From Octopus bimaculoides (lineage: Eukaryota), in the NCBI RefSeq assembly GCF_001194135.2, contig NC_068981.1, forward strand, positions 55,725,031-55,789,030: 64,000 bases of DNA, written 5' to 3'. The position numbers and the translations under genes are program-made. Below the pieces are notes generated by a model that saw only the letters and a list, made by a program, of their open reading frames with translations, did no database searches and had not been told where the DNA came from. Positions 36,851 to 49,597 of this stretch are shown piece by piece (position 1 is the stretch's first letter; the number at the start of each line of letters is the position of its first letter).

Positions 36851-37702
36851 GTAAAAAAGAGAGATAAGTCAGCCTCATTCCAAATAGTAGCAAGGTGCTT
36901 ATGCCACTACGTCCTCCAGTTGAACCTAAACAACATAAATTCATACTAAAACACCTGCCTGGTGTATTGTTTCACTGGACGAAGTTTCCAGCTATACCTA
37001 ATAAATTCCAAAGAAACAAAAAAGTCACATACCACTTGCTATGACTAACATGACAGGCCTCTACATGGACACTGTACAAGCCAGAAATATAAATCAAATC
37101 TCTCTCATCATATACCATCTTAAAAAGTAAAGACATTGGATAATATGGTCTTAAGACACACTACACCAAAAAACTGGGTTGTAATGGCAGGAATGTTTTT
37201 GATCACAACCCTTCTAACATGAGGGAAGCTAAACAACACCAGAAGTACAATTGCTGATTAAACATGAACAGATTAATAAACAAAGCAAACTGACAATATA
37301 TTTCAATACAACTCTTGGCAACCAGCATAGATCACAAGAATTGGTATCGTGCTCCTCCCTGTTCACTCACTGTTACTGAGAGAATCCTGGTACCTTTCTT
37401 TTCCTCCACTTAGCTCTTCACATATCTTATGTACCAGAGTGTATAGGAGGTTTACAAACCAAACAAGACGCATGTCGCATTTAGTCATTTAGACTTGTTG
37501 GTTCATCCCAAATGTTTTGCTAGCTAATTTCATATAAGTCTTTTCAAGCATAGGTGGTTGAAGTTCATAGCAACACAACATTCATTCAGCAGACTGAGTG
37601 ATTGTGAACATGGAACAAAGCAACTGCAATTTCTGACACATATCTTCAATTAATCAAAAACATTTGAAAATAGTAATGTGAAATAATTAAAAATATACTT
37701 GC

Positions 37703-37800
37703 CATCTACTTTCGTAGAACAATGTAATACTGTGGTGATGGTGTGTGTATAGCGAATGAGATCAACCCCATACTTTTTGCTATTAAGTGTTCTTTTAGGC
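37703..37800 (-). CDS. WDR82: WDR82 exon 2 (98 nt, GC donor)
   Basis: ccctccag| (T)[32 protein letters not shown] |GCAAGT; frame joins exon 3. Confidence 0.93.
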
Positions 37801-40299
37801 CTGGAGGGAATAAGAAAAATATTAGATACAAAAACATTTATTGCAATACCTTTACATAAAACACAGGTGTTTGCATTCCATCTATAACAGACATTCAATG
37901 CAAACTAGAGAAGTTTTCTAAGGCATTGCTCATTACCACAAATCCAAATACTCTTACTGTATCAATCAATATGAAAATAGGAACCATTTTCAATTCTTCA
38001 TTGGGTTGAACATTTTGGAAGGCCATACAGAAAGGCATAGCCATGCTGTGTGTAAGAGGGTATTGTAGGATCAAAGACCAAACTGAAGAACAGCAGTTTG
38101 AGGTGCTAATGAAGAGGAGTCATGGACCAAACCAAAGTATAGTGTTTAAGGTAATAATTACACTTGTTGATTATCCTATTGAATTCAGAAATTTGTAATT
38201 AATTCAACCTATTTTAAGGCCACGTGTAATACAAGTGAATCAACTTCTGTTCAATATATTCTATAACCTAAAGAAAAGGTTTAGTATACATAGTAGTAAC
38301 ATTTATATGATACATGGTAATATACAACTAGTTCTTTATTGGAAAACTCAAGTATTTTAACAGTAGAAATGTCTAAATTAATTAGTTGAGTGTATACCAA
38401 AGCTCAAATAGTAAATACATTGAGCTACAGGCAGTGCTTGAGTTAGCATTTAGTTTGGTATCTTTGCACCATATAACTTCATGTACAATTGGTTTATTTA
38501 TTGGCTTCTCTTTGAATTAGGTTAGAGCTTACGAACTATTAGAATAACATTAAAAACTCTTGTCCAATACATAACCAATAAGCTAAACAGTATTGGAAGC
38601 ACTGTATTTATAGTTTCAATTTATCTCAAGCTAGCTGCAAACCAAGAATGGCTCTACGATTCGAAGTTAACATTAGTAATAAAACAAGTTTCAATGTTCC
38701 ACACCAATATACCCATTTTAATGGATCAAAAAAAAAAAAATCTTGAATCAAAGTAATTCTTTAAATTGTTATTTTTGCATATTAGTGGAAGTTTAGTTTC
38801 ATGTGGTAATTTTGTATTTATTATTGTGTGTACATATTTAGGGTAAAAAAACTGAAGTCATTTGTTCATTCTCATATAAACGAATCAAATTTTGTTTAAT
38901 ACACATTATTTTTCAGTGTATTTATCTCGAAAAACTACATTCACGGATTTAGAGTAGATAAAAATTTCTTTGATGACATATTAGTTTTAATTTCTACAGG
39001 GGAAGGAAACAGGTCTGGACCGAAAAATCAGTCTTCAGTTTTTTTCTTTTTTAAATTACTTTCTACTAGAAATATTTACTCATCTACGTTTGTAAACATC
39101 AGATTTATAAATAAGTCCTTCGGGAGGAAAAAAGGAACACCACGTACTAATGAATAACTTCTTTGAGCACCTTCCATTCCCGAGATTTACTAAAAGATTT
39201 TTCTCATTTCTGTAACTATAAAGAATGACTCGTCATGCGGTGCATAACAGCATGAAAAGAAAGGAAAAAAACTGCGTAACCGACACAATTTTATCAATAT
39301 CGAACGATTAATGAAGGTGGCTTCCTGAATCTATACTAAGCGCACAGAATTGACAGCTAAGTGCATATAAAGCTAGCTAATAGAGGAGGTGCAAGGCGTA
39401 TGTTAATGACACTAGTATTTGGCGCCAGTCTCCTAAGCACAAGCAGATTTGACTGCATGTAAACAGAACGGATCAATGGGTGGAGGGAACAAGTGTTATT
39501 TAAGTGAATGAAACAGTTAACGTTGAGTAAATTGTGTTTTCATTTGCTAAAAATAGCCTCCTAAGTTATTGATCATTATGAAGGCTCTTTAGAGACACTT
39601 GTTCTTGGCAAAAGTATTTAAAAAATGAATAGAAAACACTTTAATATCTACTAAACAGCTTGTGATGAAGGAGAATATTTTCCTTCCAGGTTGCTCTGAA
39701 TATCAATCAAATCGAAACAAAAAGGAGAGAGAAATCTTAAATATATAATCTGGTGTGGTACTCATGACTCAGTAAAGCTGAAGAAAAAAGTGCATCTTTG
39801 ATGGAGAGATATGATAATTCTAAGTCTCCGCCATTTTTCGAAGCTTATTTTGGCAGAACCACAACCGACGCCGGGTCATGGAAAGAAAAATTCGATCGAG
39901 CGATCATAATTTGAAATTTAAACATATCCTCCGCATCAATAAACAACCAACGAGTAAATTTTACATCGAAATAATACTCCCTCAAAAGAGTAAACATTTA
40001 AATTAAAAATATGGGTTTAGAAGGAGGAGAAAACAAACTGCAATATTCTTCACCGATTGAAGGTCCCTGAAGAAAGTAGCTAATTTTGTTATGAACTAAG
40101 CAATCAAGAATGGTCATTCTGTAATAAGACAAAAGGTCCCTCCTATCTCCTACTTCTACTGAAAGATAAAAGTCTTTGTGGGTCGTTCTTGGTGAAGTTC
40201 TTCTTCCAATTTAAAGGAAGTCAGAACAATAAACTAGGACGTCATTTTATACCCACTCTCTCTCTCTCTTTCACAGTATAGCTACAGGGAGCAACTTAC

Positions 40300-40460
40300 G
40301 TTCCGTTTTGACAGTCGTATATCACAATGGATTCATCATCACTGCTCGATATAAGTGTCTCCCCGTTTGCATAAAAGTCAATGCTATTTATTTTATCACT
40401 GTTCTCCTTAAACACTTTGGCCACGCGAAATTTACGGACGACTGTGTCTGTCAACTTCAT
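40300..40460 (-). CDS. WDR82: WDR82 exon 1 (161 nt coding)
   Basis: ATG at 40460: [53 protein letters not shown]; donor GTAAGT. Confidence 0.96.
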
Positions 40461-40929
40461 TTTCCATGTGCATCATTTAGTAGTACGTAAAAATGGTGGG
40501 TGAAGCTAGCTCTAGTATGTACTGAAGTCAATATATGTTACTATTGGATAAAGATTTTTTTAAATATATAACCTAAGAAATTTTTTATTTTTGGAAACCT
40601 TTCAAAACTCTCAATATTTTGAAAGAAATTAAAAAAGATTAAATTGACTTTTTAATTCCAATTAATAATTTTAAACATATCGAATAAAAGTCAATTAAGG
40701 TTTCAGCAGTAAATAAGGTGTGAACTTCCTGTTCATAAATAACTTGTAATCTAGTCATCATTGATTGAATAGAATTAAGTCCCTCGCTACTTTTGTTTAT
40801 GTGCTTTGTAATTACCTTTTTTTTTTTAAATTGTTAATTTCACCAAATAAATATATTTTTGTATTTACGGCATATTTCGTCGGCTTAATACGTCATGCCG
40901 CATTTTTAAAGCATATCTTAATTTCATCG
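40461..40929. promoter_or_regulatory. Putative divergent promoter region WDR82/GLYCTK with a candidate non-coding GLYCTK first exon ending at 40929
   Basis: The WDR82 ATG at 40460 points left. A CpG-enriched patch at about 40860-40975 has a plus-strand donor TCG|GTAAGA (GT at 40930-40931). The GLYCTK coding exon begins at an acceptor, so an upstream exon is required. Confidence 0.55.
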
Positions 40930-43900
40930 GTAAGAAAATATTTTTGTTTCGCAGCGAAGTGACACCGTATTGTATTTTCAATAGATCAAAAAACATTTTA
41001 TTCCACAAAATGTAATCATTTAAGATTCTGCTATACAAACTTTTCGGACGTTAATATTTTAAATTTATTTATTCACTTGTTTTTAGTGTTAACCTGATTT
41101 CTCAATTTCTTTTTAAACAACCATCCCCTATTTATATATAGTTTTTTTTCTGAGCTGTATATTTTTTGCCAACTAGTATACATTTCATAAGAATTTATTT
41201 ACACCAATTCAATTTTAAAGAATTTTGGATTTGCATATTTAGTTCAATATTAGCTACAATACATATTTTATACATAAGTTGTATGCAACAGAAAGGCTCA
41301 GTAGAATTTATTTTTAAAAGTTTTCTCGGATAATACTTGTTTGCGAACTTTATTGTACAAATACCTGTCGATTACTAATCTTAGTTTCAGAATTTTATTT
41401 ATGGAATTAAATGTTTTGAACTTACAATTTTTTTAAGGCTTAAGTACGTATTTATATTTCTTGCAGTTAGTAAAGATCACCTATTAATTCTTCCCAGAAA
41501 ATCTTTAATAATGGTCTGGACATTTGTTTTGGAATTACCTAGGCCAAACCGGTCGTAAAACCTACGGAAAACTTAATCTTAAAATATTAAATTCATTATT
41601 GCAGCTGTCAGGTTTCCGAGAGAAACTTGTCTTGTGATAAAATAGTGATCTCTCTCACACCTTAAAAAAAACGTCTAAATTTCTCAATGATAGTAGCTTA
41701 CTTTAATGAATGATTAGACAGTCTGATCAAAGGTTGCTCACTTGCACTATTCTTTCATTCTTCATCTGAAACAGTGGATAGTATTATCACTTTCAGTTGA
41801 TTCTATTTCTGTTGCCATCATCGGATTCACTAAGTGATCTTTATAATTTATACACTCTGAATGAAATTCTTTCATTAACTTTTTTTCTTCCTGAGTGCAC
41901 CCCATTTCGTTAGAGAACAATACCTTAAACTGCAGCCAAACTATAAGTCTGAGTGGACACATATAATATAAGCATTTTTGAGAAGCACTGATCAAACAGA
42001 ACAAAGGGGTTCCAGTCCTGACCAAGATGTGTTTTTGTAGGTCAGAGACAACATTGTCAAGAGGACAGAGAGCAATTTGGAGGAGACTTGGGTGCCATTT
42101 GCAGAAGATCAAGAGGTCTCCCTCTCCACCACCAGGTCCTCTTGTGTCTCTTATTTACATTTAGTTATTGCAGTTAGTAAAAGGAAGATATACTCATCCA
42201 TAAAATCCCAAACCATGATGCTATGAAATGTGTATTTTGAGACATCTAATATGACTACTTTGAAATTTCTCCAATCAATACCAACATAGAAAAACAGTTA
42301 AATATGATGATCATGAGAATATTCCCATGTATAGAGTGTTACAAGATTAATTTGGAGGAAACAGTTTTTCTTTTTTTATGAGAATAGCATTAAGAAGTAG
42401 AATGCCTTAGGTATGATATATAGGCAGTATAAACAGAAAGCATGTGAAGACTGCTGTGAAAAGAATACAATCTGAGAACAAAGAAAATGAAAATATAACA
42501 AATTGTTCTGTAGTTTATAACCAATTTAAGTAGCAGAACAGCTGTAGAATAGATAAATTTCATCTGAATTTGTCAAACTGAAAAAGACTTTTGATAGGGT
42601 TCAAGCATTTAATGCTGTATGGCACATGAAAACTATTTAGGAAATAGATGAAGGTGTTAGTTTTAGTGGCTTACAAAAAGCCCAGTGATTAAGAAGTTTA
42701 CTTCACAATCTTGAAGTTCTGGATTCAGTTTCATAATGTGACATCTTGGGCAAACGTCTTTACTTTAACCTTGGTGGAACACAAGCCTTGTGAATGAATT
42801 TGGGTACATGGAGACTGTACTTATGATTTAAAGGTCTTGTATTGTCATACTTGTGTCATTCTGATTCTGGCTGAGAATTATGTGAAAGGTTAACATGTCT
42901 GTAGAATACATTGGCATAAGCCTCACAAGAGATGACATAGGATCAAGACAACTGGCAATTTGCTGTTTGAGAAAATCTACCCAGCTAAATAAAATCCAGG
43001 ACATAGAGGCAGGTCCCTTATGGTCATGCTCTCCCCCATCTTCCCAACACCTCTCCCTTCACCACACCTATACTCACTACTGCTGCATTTCCCTCCATTC
43101 TCCCTCATGTACCTACCTGTGCAAAATATGTTTCTGTTGAATCCTTTCCCCACAACATATCCACCTACTACCCCCTCCTGCTTGTGCCCACTCATTACAT
43201 TTCCCCCTACCAGTTCTCACTCTCCTTTCACAATCTTGTGAACTCACCCTCTCCAACTCCTAGTCCACTTCACTATGTACAACTCATTGTTACTTGGGTG
43301 TATGGCCTCTACCCACTCTCTGTTACATCTTGAACATCTCTCTCGTCACATGTTTCTCCGCTAATGTAAAACACCTTTTTCTGTTCCTTAATACTACCCC
43401 CACCTGCAGTTGAGGAATCTTGTTCTGTAACTGCACAGCTGCTGGTGCCTCATAAAAAGCACTCATGAAACTATGTAAAATGATTGGCATTAGGAAGGGC
43501 ATCTAGCCATAGAAACCATGATGAAGGAGACAGCAGAGCTTGGCGTAGTCTTCTGACTTGGTAGTTCCTGACAAACTGTCCAACCCATGCCAGCATGGAA
43601 AACGAATGTTAAATGATGATGGTGATGATGATGTAGTTGTCCAGCTGATAAAACAAAAACATGTTCATATGAAAACAACCAACAGCAGTGACTTTTCACC
43701 TTCATTTAACATCCATGTTCCATGCTGGCTTGGTTTAGTCAATTTGACAGGATCCGATGGGTCCTAGGGCTGCATTGTGCTCCAGTATCTGTTTTGGCAT
43801 GGTTTCTTTGGTTGGATGCCCTTCCTAATGCCAGCCACTTTACAGATTGTACTAAGTGCTGTTGTTTTGTACAACCAGCACTAGTGAGGTTATCATGCAG

Positions 43901-44489
43901 CTTGCTAGATCACAAATTCTGAAGAGGAAACTTTATGCTAGGAGATTAGGAGTAAAGAGAGGTAAAGTATGAGAGAAAAAAGGTCAGAGCAGAACAGGTT
44001 TCTTGCATTTTAGAAGAAATGATGAGATTGATCAGATGGAACTGGAAACGATAAAAATAGTGGTGATGAGGTATCAGGGTGGACTTTCAAGGTATGAAGT
44101 AGGTAGGAAGTAGGGATGAATGGCGCAGAGGGACCAGGAGTGAATGAGTAAAGTAGAAGATTCCTGATAGTATAAAGCAGCAGAATAGTAATGATACAAT
44201 AGACTGGAGAAGGATTAAAGAGATGACATAATGGGTCAGTTGCAGGATTGGATAGGGAAAAGAGAGGCAGGCATGTATGATGAGGGTGGGGTGGGGGAAG
44301 ATAATTTGGTTGCTCAGTGGGGTAGATGATTAATGAAAATAGGGGTGTAGAAAACAGTATTAATCCATGAAGGATAAATAACGAGTGAAATATTTCCAGG
44401 TAGTAAGAAAGTAAGTGGCATCAAGGAAGAGTTGCTGTTAGGGAGCTAATGGGTTCTGTCTTCTTTCTTACTAAAACCTTTATCTTTGC

Positions 44490-44680
44490 TAAGTTTAGGT
44501 TTATCTTTGCAAGGCATTCTTGATTCTAAGTTTAGCTTCCCTGCCTGGAATTTCATTATTAATTCCTGTATAGATTTAGCTATAAGAACTAGATCATCGA
44601 CTTACTGGAGTTCCTATGAACATCCAGTTGTAAACTCCTTTGTGACAGCCTATAGGACTATGATACATAGGAAAGGACTG
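44490..44680 (-). mobile_element. Short degenerate RTE RT fragment
   Basis: Minus strand PFLCIIVL*AVTKEFTTGCS*ELQ*VDDLVLIAKS, homologous to 9400-9530. Confidence 0.7.
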
Positions 44681-44728
44681 TATATAGATACACACATATA
44701 TGTATGTATATATATGTAGATATTCATG

Positions 44729-44776
<48 letters not shown>

Positions 44777-46469
44777 CATATACTCATACATGCACACATG
44801 TATGCGTATCTGTGTGTGTGTATATATATATATATACACACTTCTGGTCACTTTAGCCATATGCTCTTGGTGATATCTTTTCTTCTTTAGACTTTTTCCA
44901 TTTTTCTTTCTGATGAAGAAACATGCTCAGAACTGAAAAGTTCAACTTATCCAAAGTGCCATGCAGTCGGACTGAGCCTGGAATCATGCGATTGAGACCT
45001 ATTGGTCATTGCCCTCTTCTACTCACCTATTTTCTCACATTTGTTATGAAAGTGACGGTGTAAAGAAAGCTGTTTAGTCATGCAGGAGACATGGCAGCCT
45101 CATTAGTGTGAGTGTCATGGTAACACATTCAATACACTCTGCAGTGTGGTTGGTGTTATGAAGGACATCCAACTGAAGAAAAAATGTAAAATATGATGTT
45201 ATGTGAGTGAGATATAGTCCTCAAACTACACCTAGCTAAGACATCTAACTCCAAATAACTGCATTTTATCATGGAAACCTGTCCAATCCATACTAGTATA
45301 GAAAGCAGATGTAAAATAATGAAGACGATGATGAATGTTAATGAAATTCTAGTTACATAATATGTATTTTGATCTTAATTGATATCATCACTGTAATATT
45401 GAATTTTAATTTTAATTTATTTATAGATGTCATAGAATAATTTTGCTTGATCAGAGATGACCTGAAGTTGAGTAACAGCATTAACAAATATTTTAAAGTC
45501 ACACGGCAATCCCTACTCCCACAAATATACAGGAAATAGGAATTGTGGCATTTTTGCCTTTTCTAAAATTCTTAGCATAAGTCAAATAAAATAGCAAGGA
45601 ATCAAAAGTAGGTTGTTGACTCAGTTGGGTACTTAACTTTATGATGTTAGCTAGCATCAATATGATGCAAACTTGCAATAAATTTTCACACACTTAAAAA
45701 CCATTACTTTTCTGAACTTGTTAAGGTATTTCAGTAATTATTTGTGATATTATCTATTAGTTGGTTAAAATGAGGGAGTAGTATGTATTGTTAAAGATGA
45801 AGTAAACCCTCACAATTTCTGAGGTAGGGTTGGAATTCAAGACTAAAAATGTCACTAATCACATTGTCAGCCAGTGCAAACTGTGTATTTCTCAGAACAC
45901 TTTCTACTGACATATCACTATTTAGTCACCATGAGATTTCATAACAAATAAAGTTTGTATCACTTTCTAAATTGAATCAACTGCCCATTCTTTAGGAAAA
46001 GAAGTGCTCAAAATTAAGTTATCTTAAAAGTTCATGTGACATCAAAATGGTCATGAATAATAACAACATATGTAAACAAAATTTAATTTGTTTTTTTTAG
46101 AAGCATTGAATGTGTATTGTACAAACAAGAAGGTAATATTTTGAACACAGTATATCCGTGAAAACAGCGGAAAGATTGGGTATTATTACCCTTATAAGAT
46201 GGCAAAAAGGTGTTAACAGACAGCCACAGTCCTATGGTTGTTTGTTGACAACTTTTTTCTGTCTTATCAGGGTAATAATACCCAATCTTTCTGCTGTTTT
46301 CACAGCTGTACTGTGTTCAAAATATTATCTTCTTGTCTGTACAAAACAATAAATAATAAATTTAGTTAAGTTAATTAATTCTATCATAACTGCTAAATTT
46401 GAAGTTCAGTAAAATGTTTCTTGATTTCAGTAAAGAAAGCAGTTTCAAATTAAATATTGGAACAAATAA

Positions 46470-46560
46470 CTACTACTGCTACAACCATCACCACTACCAT
46501 CACTATTATCATCATCATTCCCACCATCACCATCTTCCTCCTCCTCATCATCATCATCCC
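46470..46560. repeat. (CAT/CAC) trinucleotide repeat. Other microsatellites: (TA)n 44730-44772, 59713-59769, 60590-60625; (TTA)n 27063-27103; (CT)n(CA)n 51440-51515; (GA)n(GT)n 51822-51863; (TA)n(TG)n 62401-62512
   Basis: Directly visible simple repeats; several flank the N gaps. Confidence 0.95.
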
Positions 46561-46873
46561 AATGTACATTTTAGTGTTGTAGCAGTAGTAGTTATTTGTT
46601 GTTGTTTACTTAGTTGTGGGATGAATTATAAGTTCACACAAAAAGGGTTAGTGAATTAAATATTTTAACTTTTAATTTTGCAAGTTAAACAGAATGGTAT
46701 TTTTCAAAGAAATTTCATTGACATCAACATCAATGACAATTTCTTTTTTTTTTTCTTTTTTTTTTTGTTTATGATAAGAAAATAAAAATTTATATTCAAA
46801 GATGTTGTCTTGGGTATATTCGGTTAAATGAAATTTCATTCCATTTCATTCCAGATATCAGTTATCAGTTTAT

Positions 46874-47271
46874 ATGGCTATCAAATTCATTCTTAGGAGT
46901 ACAGCTTTTGTTACTTCTGCAATAAGAAACTCTTGGAGGTTTCCACTTTTCACACAGTTCAGATCAATGACAACATCACAATACTTTGGATCCAGCCATA
47001 ATTGCTGTGTTACCATTTTCAATTCTGCTATTGAAGCCGTTCTTCCTGATAGAATGATACAAAAGCATGTTGTGTTCTCTGAAAAGGACAACTTACTAAC
47101 AGTTGCTGAAAAGTCATTTAAGGTAAATAAGAATGTCTATATAATAGGATTTGGCAAAGCAGTGTGTGGTATGGCTGCAGCTGTTGATGTACTTTTAGAG
47201 AAGAATATTGTAAAAGGTATTCTCAGTATTCCTTTTGGAATGCAACAAACATTAAAAAATTCTGGGAAAAG
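46874..47271 (+). CDS. GLYCTK: Glycerate kinase (GLYCTK), first coding exon; later exons not found in the window
   Basis: MAIKFILRS...IFNSAIEAVLPDRMI...NVYIIGFGKAVCGMAAAV...KGILSIPFG matches the GLYCTK N-terminus (GxGKA motif). Acceptor ttccag| puts the exon start at 46855; phase-2 donor AAAG|GTAAGC after 47271. Confidence 0.92.
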
Positions 47272-49597
47272 GTAAGCATAACATTTCAAAATTCTTTTGT
47301 TGAACTATTTTCTGTTTTATAATCATCAGTGCAGACCATTTGTCTTTGACACTGTCACAATATTTTGGTATAAGTGAATACAGTTGCTGAGGTCTACTTA
47401 TGCTAGGATTTAAATATTTAATATCCTCCAATTCTAAAGTATAGTAAATAGTTGGTTAGTAAGTATATCAATGTAATAATACAGAAAGTACATTGAATAT
47501 GCAATGTTAACTTCTGAAAAGTTTGTGCACAGGTGGGCTGAAAATGTAATAGAGCAACGAAGACATTGGTTGATTTATAACGATACTAAAGATGTGTTAT
47601 AAGAATGAATGGGGCATATTGGCTGAAATATACCATTGGTTGGTAGTGATAGGTATCAGCAGTAGAGGTGAACCAAGGAAGATATGGATTGAAGTTGATA
47701 GGAAATATCTACATATTTTATATTGAGCTGATGTAATGACTCAAAACTGAAATGTATGCTTTTCTAGGATAGAAAAACAGATATGAAACATGATGACAGT
47801 ATTGATTATAAAACCCTTTTGAGTCTCTAGACTGGTGCTTAGTTTATCAATCCCACAATTGTGACAGACAAAGTTGACTTAGATGACGTTTACACTTATT
47901 CAGAAAATATGAAAGTATAGATTATATAAATCTCATATGGTTCTCTAATATCTGTATTATATTCCTTTTCCTTTGTTAGTGTAAATATTAACAAGTATTT
48001 GATTGTGAAAAAAAATGTCAAAAATAATTTCAAAGTTTTTAATCAAGAATACACTGTTTCTCACAAAACAAGATAAATGACTTTAATAGTTTACCAGAAT
48101 CACAGGGAAATTGGGTATGGATTGGATAGATTATCCTAAACGTATTGCTTTGAGATTCCACGAATATCACATTCTGAACTTGAATATCTTTTATCTTTTA
48201 CTTGTTTTAGTCATTGAACTGCAGCCCTTCTGGGCACCACCTTGAATTTTAGTCATACAAATCAACCCTAGAACTTGTTTTACTTTAATTCTTTAGCATT
48301 CAGATTATTCAGTCAAACGTATCGCTTATTTATTCACTTTGATTTTGATTAATGATGCATTATCTTGCAGCTTCAAGATTTCAATGACATGATTGTTTAT
48401 TTTAAGATTGACTTTGATCAGAGACCAGATCTAGTCAGTTTGAACATGAAACAAGCAGAATATCTGGGCCGGATATGGCCTGTTTAAATGTTAGAGCAGT
48501 GTTTTTCAACCATTTTACCCTTGTATAACCCTTCAAATAAATTACATGTCTCAAGGAACCCCTGCACAAAAAAAATTATAAACCATATCTTATATTTTTT
48601 TCATCGTAGTTCACGTGGTAAATATCTTATATATTTGGTACTCATACTCATTTATCCTCTTTTCATGTTTTTTATTTGTATCGACCGTGGGATGTGCTAA
48701 AGGAGCCATTTCTTCGTCACTATCTCCTGGTCGCATGGTTGTTACAAAGCCAATAAGAACAGACACAGGTCAGCTTCATGGTCCACTAAAGATTTACAAA
48801 GAAGTGTGATGAGATTGCAGTGAGTCATTATAAAAAGAGGCATCTGTTATCAGGTCACCAAGCGAGTAAGAAAGTTAATTCAATCAATCAAAACTTGATT
48901 ACCATGAATATTATGTTCTGTCTAGATCAAAACTTGAGACTAATCCTGATAACGATTTTGCCTTTCTATAATACATTTAAGAAGTAAAATATATGCCTCC
49001 CTCTCTCCCTTTCACACCCACACACATGTATATATATTCTATGTTTATGAATATGTGTATATATAAATACATCTATTGTATAAATGTATATGTATGTGTG
49101 TACTCCTCATTTTGCTGTCAACTTTACTTGCATGAGATAGACAGAATTCATTGAGGTATGTCTTCCTATAGCTGGCTGTCTGCCCTGTCACCAATCCTTA
49201 CATTGAAGACGGGGTAAAAATGACACTGCTTTTTTGATGGTAGCATTCGTCTACAACTATTCTGTGATGTCAAAGTGTGGAGACACTCGCTCTCTTGCGT
49301 GCGCATACACGCGGATACGCCAGACTTCATTTTCAGTTTCTACCTACCACATTCACTCACAAAGCCTTGGTTGAACTGTGGCTGCAATAAAAGACACTTG
49401 TGTAACATACATACATACATATGTACGTACATATGTATATGACATGGAGGTGTAGTTAAGAAGTTTGCTTGAGAGCTACGTAGTTAGGGGTTCAGTCTCC
49501 ACTAGGTGAATGTTGTTGGCTTTAGTTCTGTATTATAATTGTGGGTCAATCGCTATTTTGTGAGTGAAATCGATGACTGAAATTGAAAAAACCTGGC

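Noticed and set aside
32932-37702. let-7 in WDR82 intron 2 (human let-7g lies in a WDR82 intron)
   Set aside because: Best match seen is only TACAACCTA near 36038, with no seed match or hairpin.
46399-46659. His-rich ORF, and YIYI/THTH ORFs elsewhere
   Set aside because: Translations of (CAT)n, (TA)n and (CA)n repeats.
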